Assembly: GCA_964658305.1 (NCBI GenBank)
Contig: OZ210885.1
Span: 10,230,001-10,294,000 of the forward strand
From: Leptogorgia sarmentosa
Lineage: Eukaryota
Length of the DNA stretch: 64,000 nt
Direction: 5' to 3'
This document shows, one piece after another, positions 54,001 through 61,564 of this stretch. The position numbers were made by a program, and so were the translations under genes. The stretch's first letter is position 1. Each line of letters begins with the position of its first letter. The notes beneath the pieces are model-generated. The model worked only from the letters and a program-made list of their open reading frames with translations, did no database searches and was not told the origin of the DNA.

Positions 54001-57000
54001 AGCTAGTCAATCTTTCCATTAAATACAAATTTAGTTAATTTTTCAGAAGATTTTTCTACCACAGTTCGCAACTTGACAACTTGGCTTTCAACATTGACTG
54101 CTGAATCTCCTATTAATGAAGCATTTTAGGACATAAATCAAAAGAAGAAGCATTTAACTACTATCAGCAACATTTAAGCATTTTGTCGCAATTGAGCGGC
54201 GTCAACTTTTCACGAGCGTTTTTTATTTGGTTGTGCCCTACGCAGTTAACCCGCCCAACATTAAAATTCATTTTTAGTGATGATGAGTGCGACAGCGCGT
54301 ACTGCACTGCCAATGCTTTCGGATTCCCACTAAATCTGGGAAGTGTTAGAAGACATATTGCATTCCTGTTGCCGTTTACTCTAACGAGATATTTTCCTAC
54401 AAGAAATTCTTAGAAAAAGAACGTTGAAGTCCGGGAAGGTTCGTGGGGGACAAATTTTGAAAATTGAATGGCTGGCTGACAGTCTGTAAATTTTTTCTGC
54501 ATAATATATTTTGCATAAATAGTTTCCATCTTTCCTAGTTAATTGAAACACTACCTTTTTTCTCTGCAAAATCTGAATGCTCCGTCCTCGGCTTTTTCTG
54601 ACGAGATTCGATTTCATCTGTTTTCTCCGCCAGACGTTTAAGCTCCATTGAATGATGTTCAAGTTTCTCAGCTGCAGACCTTTCAACCTCTTTAATTTTG
54701 CGAAGCAGTGTGGATTGTATGTTATCGAGTTTCTCCATCACTGGATTTATCTGAATAGATAAAATTGATTTAGTAAATTCAATTTACGGGCTGAAACAAA
54801 TTTGAAATCACTCTCAACTTCACAAAGCGGGTTAAGGTGTGTGATGTAATAATAGTTATAATCTGACGTTATTAGTATAGGTAATTGTATGGTTTCGAGT
54901 GCAATTTGGAAAAAACATTCACGAGCGAGTTTTTCTCGTTTTGTTCGGCCGCTAATATACGAAGTTGTTTCGCTTGTCCACCGAGCACTTGCTTGAACGA
55001 AGAGAAATCTCTGTCTCGTATTATAAAAAGGTTGTCATCATCGACTGCTGTTAATATCACTTTTAAGCTGTCAGCTTCATATTCATCGCCGTTTCTTTTT
55101 TTAATTCGCAGTTTTCGTTCAGCATAAAAACAATCGAGCAAAATATCTAATCTAACACCTCTTGCGGAATATTTTGTATCTCGCGCTGTATTTCCTTTTC
55201 AATGCACCATTTTCTCCGCAAAATCAACTAAAAGACTAGATATCTTTGGTGGTATTTTCATTTTTCGAACTATTTTTAAGCCCCTCTATCATTTGTCTGT
55301 TCCTAAAAGAATCTACCCAAAGAGGCAGCCATTTTTTCATCCTCGAATAATTTCATATTTTGTTATTGTTCGCCAGAAATGGCTTAATCTGATTGGCTAG
55401 CTTTGTAATCTCAGCCAATCAGAAGGCATAAACATCTGAAGAAATTTGCACTGAATTTCTTTTTTTTTGCACTGAATTTCCTTTTTGCCACTGTATTTCC
55501 TTAATATTGCACTGCTCTTAGCAATTCAGAATCGTGAAATTTTTTCATGTATATTATTAGATTAGAGATTAAGATGAGTATGTAAATTAATGAGACAATA
55601 TATATGAGGCGAGGACAGAGTTCGTTGTGCTGTGGACGACCAGACAAGTAAAGAGGGCAGGGTCACAAGGATTCGAGAAGATTTAGTTGGAATTGAAAGC
55701 GTGTATCGAGGTGACTGAAAACAATCTTAGGCGAGATGAGTAAAGTAAAATTGTTAGTTCTTGAATGAAAAAAAAGGCGACAAAGCGTAACTAGCGTGGG
55801 TGAACTAAGCTCCAACACTGAAAAGAATCAACTACGGTCTGATATCCTGAAGTTTAAAGACAGTCGTTCTATACCTGGAGTGTTTGGCAAACTGAAAATA
55901 AAACTCTCAGTCGATAAACGATAGAGTTATATCCACCTCTCGCCCAGCAACGCCGAGAAACCGAAGACAGTCGCTTATACAGTTAATTCCCAAAATTTAA
56001 TTCCCAAAATTCCTAAATAGAATTACTGAAGGAAAACTTGAAGGCAATTACCGAGCAAGTCCAGAATCCTCGGGACAGAAACTACGCATTGTGGCTAGCT
56101 GAAGACAGATGACGGAAACTCTGTGGACTTGTTTTGTTTGAACTGCGACGATCTTTTACGGGCTACCCACATGTGAGTTGTGCGTACCTATTTTTTCCTC
56201 TCTTATAAATTGGCCCTTTTTTTCTCAAAATTTTCGAATTGCTATCGAATAATTTTTACCTCACTGTGAGGACGAAATATTTCAATGTTTGGTCGACACA
56301 GATGTAAAGTCGAATACGAGCTAAAATTTTTGTGACGACATTATACATAAGGTCTATTGAAATTTAATATGCAAGTTTCCTAGTTTCTAAACTTTTCAGA
56401 AATTTGTAGTTCAACGTTTGAACCTCAATAGCAATTTTGCAAGCAAAATAATTGTTATCTATCAAAATTTAGGTTTATCTCTTGCCTATGAGAATGGCTA
56501 AATTGTTTTGCTTAATGGATGTCCCAGCCCCTTGGGGTAGTTTTTTCCCCCTAAAACAGTATTTTATTTATCAGTAATTGATATGTAGTGTGTTTTATTT
56601 ATCAGTACACGCTTCGTTCTAAGTATTGTATTGCAAACGTGTCCCCAAAAAGTATACACATGTTTGACTTGGAACGTTTAACGGGTAAAGCAAAACTCAT
56701 AAAAACAGCATTATCGAAAAAAAGCACAGATTGCGTTCCCACGCTGAAAATTTGCACTCGCTCGCATTTGAAACATGTCTTATATTAATTTGAACAGCGT
56801 CGTCCTACTTATTCAACGACTGTTAAATGAAACATCAAAAGTTCCTCAAACCTTTGTGGCGTCCAAATCGTAGTTTTTGATACAACGGCAAAGTTCAGCT
56901 ACACTTTCTGCAATTAGTTTTGCGTGACGACCATCAACAAGAATGTCTGGAAATAATGAAGAAAATTTATCTTCAGTATCGCAAACACTATAAATATACC

Positions 57001-58943
57001 GCTGCTAATGCGCGTAGCACGAAGGATACATGAAAAAGCATGCCCTGCTTTCCATACAAACTATTTGATAAGTAAGCATGGTCTGTCGTCGTTACTAGCA
57101 AACTTCAATATGCGGCCAGTGTAGTAGGTAGGGGATAACAACATCAGCAAGCAGCACATTTCATACCCACTACCTAAACAATGCAAATAGGTTGGACGTT
57201 TTGAGTAAAGTAGATTTTTTGCATGATATAGACATGCAAAAATTTCGAAATAGTACAATCCAGAGCAACAGCGTTAAAGAGTATCACGAAGTTAGTAAAA
57301 ATGTAAAGTCTTGTTGAGAAATGTTTTAAAATGCGAAAAATATGACCCTGTAAAGTTTTGAAATTTTGTATATTTTAGTATTACCCATGCATTTATATCC
57401 TTATCGAGAAAAGTCTATCAATTTTGCGTGCCTAATACTAAAATGAAAAAATTGGCAAAATTGCGTTAAACATTCCCGACTTTTGAATGATTGAAGTTTT
57501 GAACACAAATGTCCAACTGAAATTAGTACGATTTACGAAGTCTAATTCATGTGAAAATTTTGATTTTATGCATATGTCAGCATATATTAGTTGTACTATA
57601 CTGTATATCATGTTGTATACAGTATTAAAGGCATTTAACTTCTGCACTTATATGAAGTAAAAATAAATCACTGTCACGAATTCAACACTAGATTTCCATG
57701 TAAAGTTTCAAAGTATAGCTACACTATTGGAGAATTTAATTTTTTTTACCTGTTCGAACCCATATAATTTCAACGATTGATCGTATTGAGAATCGCATTG
57801 AATTGTATATATTTATTTATTTATTTACAAGCTTCGTCAAACCTGACCGGTGATCCCTACAGAGCGCATTGCTCCATTAACAGGGAACCTAAATTTTTAT
57901 ACAACAATATTTAAAAGATAGTAGTTGTTTCGCTGTTCTCAGAACGATAACCGGAGCGATGAAGGACAAGTGAAATTTCCTAATAATAGCCTATTTCTAA
58001 ACTTTTGTTAATTCTGACAACGAAAGCCTGGAGTCGGTTGTATCAACCGATCCCAGATGGGTAAATTTAGGAAATATTCTGAATTCAGCGAATCAACCAG
58101 TCTATCTACTTACAACACATTTTATCTGCAAGACTAGACAATGGACGACATGAATGACATTTAACACATATAGTTTTAAACGTATATGAATAAAATTGGA
58201 TGATAATAATAATAATAAATGTAAAAATAATAATAAAAATAATAAGATAAATTCTTTCAACACATGGGGGTTTTCTTACTGGAGATAAAAAATGATCTGC
58301 GCAAAACATATTTAAAGGCATGATGAGCATCCGGCAATAATGCTAATAATACAGTACCTGTTTTATTCCAGAAATCTAGTTCATCACAAATTATTTTTCT
58401 GTCAGCTGTTGGTAAATTTAACAAATTGACCAAAGATTTCATTCCTTGAAACGAGGCATTAAACTTATGTACTTTCCATTCAGAGATGTTACAATGAGCC
58501 CATGGGTTTCTGATGTCCGACCGAACTTTGTTTGCTTCAGCTGCAGCACCAGAAGATACAAAAGGAGCTGCCTTGCCGATAATAGTCAAAAGTGCTGACA
58601 TATCCATGGTTTCATCAAATCCAGTGAAATGTGCCATAAAGTCCGTGACGAATAGTTTCGCCAACGAGACAGGATCTTTAACAGCATAATCATAAGCTGA
58701 TTTAGTAGGTTTGTGGATAATGTTGTTGTTAATGTTTTGATATTGTAGATTATGGGTGGAAGGGGGTAATTTCTTCCTTCTGTATGCTGCGAAATCTTGC
58801 TTGTGAATTTCATCAGGTGGTTGGCATAAAGAATGATACCATTTCCCAAGTTCAGTGGCGACAACTTTCCTTAATGCAGGTGCAAGAACTTTGGTAAAGG
58901 CAATGCCAACTAAAACCCAATGTTGTTCTTCCTCTGATATCAT
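11742..58943 (-). CDS. Spliced gene: HEPN-like (DZIP3-type) + coiled coil + NB-ARC + Apaf-1 helical domain + WD40 repeats; CARD-less Apaf-1-like STAND NTPase, ~1696 aa
   Basis: Sixteen exons with GT-AG boundaries and matching phases: 58943-58358, 56946-56852, 54750-54555, 53129-52798, 51521-50882, 49910-49488, 43213-42968, 38782-38564, 37014-36805, 36003-35760, 34423-34191, 32140-32040, 27256-26851, 23847-23243, 19770-19518, 12043-11742. Total 5091 nt, open to the stop. Motifs GMGGLGKT, LVVVDDVW, LITTRD, GLPLAL, VHD and many WD40 units. Linkage of exons 1-3 to exon 4 rests on phase and orientation only. Confidence 0.8.
12496..12920. repeat. Two long palindromic non-autonomous repeats (12496-12602 and ~12787-12920)
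   Basis: aacaattagattac...gtaatctaattgtt and aatagaaattag...ctaatttctatt. Confidence 0.7.
15311..18360. mobile_element. Non-autonomous DNA transposon with a 9-bp TSD (Mutator-like) and a nested insertion
   Basis: Termini ctctctcctccgcagaggctttttattact / agtaataaaaagcctctgcggaggagagag; gacgaggca on both sides. Confidence 0.85.
16071..18227. mobile_element. Nested non-autonomous element with (ggcgacatta)n subterminal repeats
   Basis: Inverted termini aggcctactttgggggccaatgtcgcctaatgtcgc. Flanks read as either a TAA or an aaatgta duplication. Confidence 0.8.
19518..19770 (-). CDS. Exon 15: divergent WD40
   Basis: IDRVNENGVVHSYEY...ITKWNL...LVAIL. Phases 0/1 fit both neighbours. Confidence 0.75.
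20480..21563 (+). repeat. ~29-bp minisatellite followed by a Helitron-like 3' end
   Basis: Tandem cctgtcgaccgagaaatacaaatttaaaa units, then a GC-rich inverted motif gctgc...gcagc ending in aaCTAG at 21563. Confidence 0.7.
23243..23847 (-). CDS. Exon 14: WD40
   Basis: GHPDDSIVTAIDITSNGKFALSGSSSG...AHEDAIS...ASGSIGGSVKLW. Confidence 0.88.
24219..24435 (-). pseudogene. Partial duplicate of the 5' part of exon 14 with its acceptor
   Basis: Near-identical to 23664-23876, with a 3-nt deletion and a 4-nt insertion. Confidence 0.85.
24629..24857. mobile_element. PIF/Harbinger-like MITE
   Basis: ggccgttttccattacagtcgttttgccc / gggcaaaacgactgcaatggagggcggcc. Confidence 0.75.
26851..27256 (-). CDS. 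Exon 13: WD40
   Basis: VWNLSNG...FSSDGLQVIIGCNDNHVFIWD...ISPDGK. Confidence 0.85.
27742..27912. mobile_element. hAT-type MITE
   Basis: cagggccgt / acggccctg termini; 8-bp TSD gaaatttt / gacatttt. Confidence 0.8.
30007..30252. mobile_element. Tc1/mariner-type MITE
   Basis: cagggggtggacaaaaaa / ttttttgtccaccccctg, flanked by TA. Confidence 0.85.
30715..31782. mobile_element. hAT-type element with two nested insertions (~30940-31558 and 31209-31393)
   Basis: caggggcgt / acgcccctg termini with TSD gttatagt. The innermost MITE has TSD tttacagc / tttactgc. Confidence 0.8.
32040..32140 (-). CDS. Exon 12: short WD40 exon (absent from the ORF track)
   Basis: GDLEWAKHVAVSADDRYVVSLSVLRTNPTESSIK. Joins VWNL of exon 13 to give SIKVWN. 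Confidence 0.8.
33451..33592. repeat. Long palindrome (non-autonomous element)
   Basis: cacttattgactgggccc...gggcccagtcaataagtg. Confidence 0.8.
34191..34423 (-). CDS. Exon 11: WD40
   Basis: VLTASFDGSIRVWN...DHSNDVTDIA...STDGSFKVWN. Confidence 0.88.
35760..36003 (-). CDS. Exon 10: WD40 (alternative in-frame acceptor 6 nt downstream)
   Basis: LVSGSYDGTIKIWD...ISGDDEGSVRLW...EGHTEYI. Confidence 0.87.
36805..37014 (-). CDS. Exon 9: WD40
   Basis: DGQFIATVGYRDKTIKLW...LVGHTDDVACV. Confidence 0.85.
38564..38782 (-). CDS. Exon 8: WD40
   Basis: HSVGVTCLAVSQSGTILASGSVDRSTILW. AG acceptor, GTAAGC donor. Confidence 0.88.
38891..39113 (+). mobile_element. Short deletion derivative of a Helentron-like (HINE/DINE-type) element
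   Basis: Starts aaactagggatccaaggatagtgcaaagtttc, contains an (acatgact)n microsatellite, ends in the hairpin gcaaagtttctttgaaactttgcactaa. Confidence 0.6.
40775..42636. mobile_element. Non-autonomous Kolobok-like transposon, copy 1 (THAP fragment on -, KolX-like first exon on +)
   Basis: Inverted termini tgttactgcaacga / tcgttgcagtaaca, TTAA on the left. Frameshifted THAP at 42422-41978 (RCIAGG..SC..HLFP..LKEDAVPTI). Convergent exon at 41100-41357. Confidence 0.75.
42968..43213 (-). CDS. Exon 7: end of helical domain, first WD40
   Basis: GRLLSYQEYPWI...LLPESSCL...GLRNGSISILDQET. Continues PQLL-GRL in frame. Confidence 0.85.
43334..45884 (+). mobile_element. Longer copy of the Helentron-like element, with a nested MITE (43369-43488) and a nested hAT element
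   Basis: Same 5' and 3' termini as 38891-39113. Confidence 0.6.
44092..45353 (+). mobile_element. Internally deleted hAT transposon retaining the C-terminal dimerisation domain (44572-44838)
   Basis: Termini cagtggcgtaacaa / ttgttacgccactg, TSD aatacaag. Encodes PSSSASAERSFSRMKLIKTYLRTTM..RLSALATLSIE. Confidence 0.92.
46653..48037. mobile_element. Non-autonomous Kolobok-like transposon, copy 2
   Basis: TTAA-agtgttactgcaacgaatttttcgacc ... ggtcgaaaaattcgttgcagtaacact-TTAA; THAP fragment at 47824-47537. Confidence 0.85.
48865..49463 (+). repeat. Diverged 3' part of the Helentron-like element; its end is tandemly duplicated (~180 bp x2)
   Basis: caagattttgggaagcacc...aaactttgcactaaatagtgaggcaacttaaacaaatcatagaagaatgagataa occurs twice. 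Confidence 0.75.
49488..49910 (-). CDS. Exon 6: MHD-like motif and Apaf-1 helical domain
   Basis: YRVHDLLLDF, YYFKYLPYHI, LLFDLHWLKQK, PQLLG. Canonical splice sites. Confidence 0.9.
50882..51521 (-). CDS. Exon 5: NB-ARC Walker B, GLPL motif, winged helix
   Basis: CLVVVDDVW, LLITTRD, CRGLPLALSLVG, LAIFPED. Acceptor tttttAG, donor AAG/GTATAT. Confidence 0.92.
51599..52013. mobile_element. PIF/Harbinger-like MITE
   Basis: Perfect ~48 bp terminal inverted repeat gggcctgtttacatggaggcgagttacccggttgaccgagttactcgc. Confidence 0.88.
52798..53129 (-). CDS. Exon 4: NB-ARC with Walker A
   Basis: VPYGLRNLPAHMVERP...VGIRGMGGLGKTVLAQAV. Acceptor ttctAG, donor ACG/GTATGT. Confidence 0.9.
53815..54109 (-). 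pseudogene. Dead NACHT NTPase exon (N-terminal part, nephrocystin-3-like type) in intron 3
   Basis: After a taatAG acceptor it translates GDSAVNVESQ...KLTKFVFNGKID*LIRKFQEGTRQWFFDDFEKWLRDGCPGVRKSVLSAKLC...GQLAGCHFC. In-frame TAG at 54003-05; Walker A degraded to GCPGVRKS. Confidence 0.8.
54555..54750 (-). CDS. Exon 3: coiled-coil linker
   Basis: INPVMEKLDNIQSTLLRKIKEVERSAAEKLEHHSMELKRLAEKTDEIESRQKK. Acceptor tattcAG, donor AAG/GTAGTG. Confidence 0.7.
54872..55141 (-). pseudogene. Crypton-like (DUF3504 / ZMYM-QRICH1-KCTD1-related) remnant
   Basis: CFYAE..KKRNGDEYEADSLKVIL...IIRDRDFSSFKQVLGGQAKQLR resembles the family's FYAE-RK-DG-YEP-SL...KD-EF...VL region. Confidence 0.65.
56852..56946 (-). 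CDS. Exon 2 (95 nt linker, DILVDGRHAKLIAESVAELCRCIKNYDLDATK)
   Basis: Acceptor tttccAG, donor AAG/GTTTGA. Converts phase 1 to phase 0, exactly as needed to join exons 1 and 3. Confidence 0.6.
58358..58943 (-). CDS. Exon 1: N-terminal HEPN-like domain (DZIP3-type)
   Basis: ORF MISEEEQHWVLVGIAFTKVLAPALR...VRSDIRNPWAHCN...FWNKT. Acceptor ttcatAG at 58951-52, donor G/GTACTG. Rx4H motif at 58494-58511. Confidence 0.8.
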
Positions 58944-60492
58944 TATCGTTCTATGAAGTAAACATAAGAATAATGGTGTTACAATTTTAGCTACCGAAGC
59001 ACAAAGCTTTTGTAAACAGTACAGACATAATTACTTTCTGACATTTTGAGTGTTTTACAAAAATGTGAAAGTAGAAGTTTCTTTGAAAATAATTGTATGG
59101 AATCATCTGGTAACAAACTTCAACATGTGGCTAGTAGCTATATAGGTACCGCTACCGAATAACAACATCAACAGGCAGCTAAAGTTCTGCCCACTAGCTG
59201 AACAAATGCAATAAGAATTAATGCTTGAAGCAAAGTCCAATAGTAAAAAATTAGTGTGTGTTAAAATGCCCGAGGGCCGTTGCACAAAACATCGAATCCT
59301 AGTTTATCCTTTAGGTAATTAGTAGAACTTTTGCTGTTTGTTGACATAATCTAGTATCCACTGCCTTTGACAATTATATGTAATTATTCAGAAATTTGTA
59401 GGTAAGACGTGGGGTGAGAGGGAAAGTCCAAAGCAGATTTACAAGAAAGTAATCTGTGCGGGATGATATGTAATGCAGAATGCCTTTGTCTGCCGGATGG
59501 GAAAATAGGATTACAAGCACCAGGTTTTATGAAATAATAACCAAATAAAAGTAGGTAATATATTGCGATTTAAGCAGAACAAATGCCGAGCATTCAAATT
59601 CCATTTCCACAGCAAACTGTCGATTTGGACCAATCGTTTAAACCCACACTTTAGCTCCCGCTCCCCCCTCCAGCCCTATGAATAACCGGTAAAGCTCACG
59701 GGTAGCGCCAGCAACTCCCCGGTGGAGGGGATATGTTCCCCGACGAGTGGGCTAGTAAATAAAATGGAGACTAAATGATCAGGCCTGGATGAACGAAATT
59801 TGAAGTGGTGGGGGAAAGGTTGGTGCGCTCAGGGGGCTAAAATAACACAACAGATAGTTTAAGCTAACGAGGCGCGAAGCGAGAAAATTGAGAAGTTGAG
59901 GTCTCTAGATCGTCAGAAATGCCATCATCGAGGTCTCATATAAATTGGAACATTTTGCTGCAATAACGATAAATCAAATAACTATTCGGCAGCAAAAGGT
60001 ATTCTGGCCCCTTTCTTATGGAATATTAGGGGGCGGCCCTGACGTTACCTAGAGAGGCACACAATTTTCATTCCCGTTGCTCTGCAAAATTTGGCGGGGG
60101 GGGGGGTCAACAGGCCACTGGCCCTCTCTCTCGCCGGGCGAAATGATACGTTAACAGGGCGTATGAGTAACCCAGTTTTGAACAATCAGGCAAGCCAGAT
60201 TTATTCAATTTGTAAGACGAATGGGAAGTATTGACCACTCAACGCTGTCTCCAAATATTCGTTGCCTCGCAGTGTGTTCCGTATTTCGAGCATATTATGG
60301 ATAGTTGTAAACTGACAACGATTAAATATATCTCTGTCGTTAATTGTGTCATTCAAGCCGTGCCATATTAATGTAATAAGCGCTTAAAAGTCACTTAGAT
60401 CATAGACAATCGTCTATGCTCAGACATAAGTAAAACATTGTTCTTTTTACATATCCTGTCCATCCTGAAATATGCGTATACATAGCCTACTT

Positions 60493-60961
60493 ATAATTAC
60501 GGGAAACACTGAGTATTTTCATGAAATACACAACAACGGTAACTCCGAATAACGTAAGCATTTTGATTCAACGTTTCGACTTTATTTAGTCATCATCAGG
60601 ATTCAGGAATGGTTATATTTCATGTGCATGCGTTATATATACTCTACGTAATTTGATATCTAATCAGAACTACGTTGTTGTAGCTTCAGCAGTTGCGAAA
60701 TTCATGAGCCAGCGTGGATGACGCACATCATTTGCGCATGTGCAGAACTGCGATAATCATGTACTTAGCAAGTCAGGAATTTCGCGTCACAACGGATTCC
60801 CTAAAACATTGGCCAACAAACTTAGATAAAAATCACATCCTAATCCTAATCCTGAAGACGACTAAATGAAGTCGAAACGTTGAATCAAAATGCTTATACG
60901 TTATTCGGAGTTACCGTTGTAGTGTATTTCATGAAAATACTCAGTGGTTCGCGTAATAATT
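60493..60961. mobile_element. Inverted pair of Penelope-like terminal repeats, each with a minimal hammerhead motif
   Basis: ~110 bp inverted arms. Cores ctgatga-tgactaaataaagtc-gaaacgtt (minus strand, 60564-60605) and ctgaaga-cgactaaatgaagtc-gaaacgtt (plus strand, 60847-60887). Confidence 0.7.
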
Positions 60962-61514
60962 ACACTCTTACAGTAAATCTAAGGCACGTAAGCATCGCAT
61001 GGTAAAGAATTTGAAGAGAAGCGGCGAAAAATGATATAAATGGTCCGAAAATGGAAAAATATTAGAAATTTAATGTTGTGAAATTTGCATAGTGTTGTGA
61101 ATTGCTTCGGATCTCGTTAATGAGTCAAGCAACGCTTGCACACAGGTGGATTTTGGCCAATAATTGGGGCTGTTTTCTCCGACTACAGCAGTTCAAGCGT
61201 TCGAATAAAGTTGTCCGCTTACTCTTTTTTACACTTAAGTTACTCTTTTTTACACTAAAGTTGTCCGCTTACAAATCACGACTGAATCATGAAGGAATCT
61301 CGACATGATCTCGTAGGATCAACCGTGTCTGGGGATGTCGAAGCGAGGATTTAAGATAGTTGATGAATTACGGACGATGAATGAGGTCAACCAACACTAC
61401 ATATTTTTGCTATAAGTTACGCCAACACATGAAAAAACTAAAATACCAACAATGTCCGTTTTGCAGAGGTACTAGATAGATAGATAAGTCGTTGAAAAAT
61501 TATATACTACTTAC

Positions 61515-61564
61515 CAAAAACTTAGGTTGATTTCCACAAGAGGCGACCGGAGTAAAGATTGTTC
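61515..61564 (-). other. Candidate 5' UTR exon of the STAND gene
   Basis: Acceptor tttctctAG, donor TTG/GTAAGT. Splicing to 58950 creates an in-frame TGA before the ATG at 58943. Another donor-like site lies at 61928-29. Confidence 0.35.

Noticed and set aside
53789..54028. Listed 79 aa ORF
   Set aside because: Wrong frame; the meaningful NACHT similarity is in another frame that contains a stop.
55580..56220. Possible solo LTR
   Set aside because: No clear TG...CA termini, target duplication or second copy in the window.
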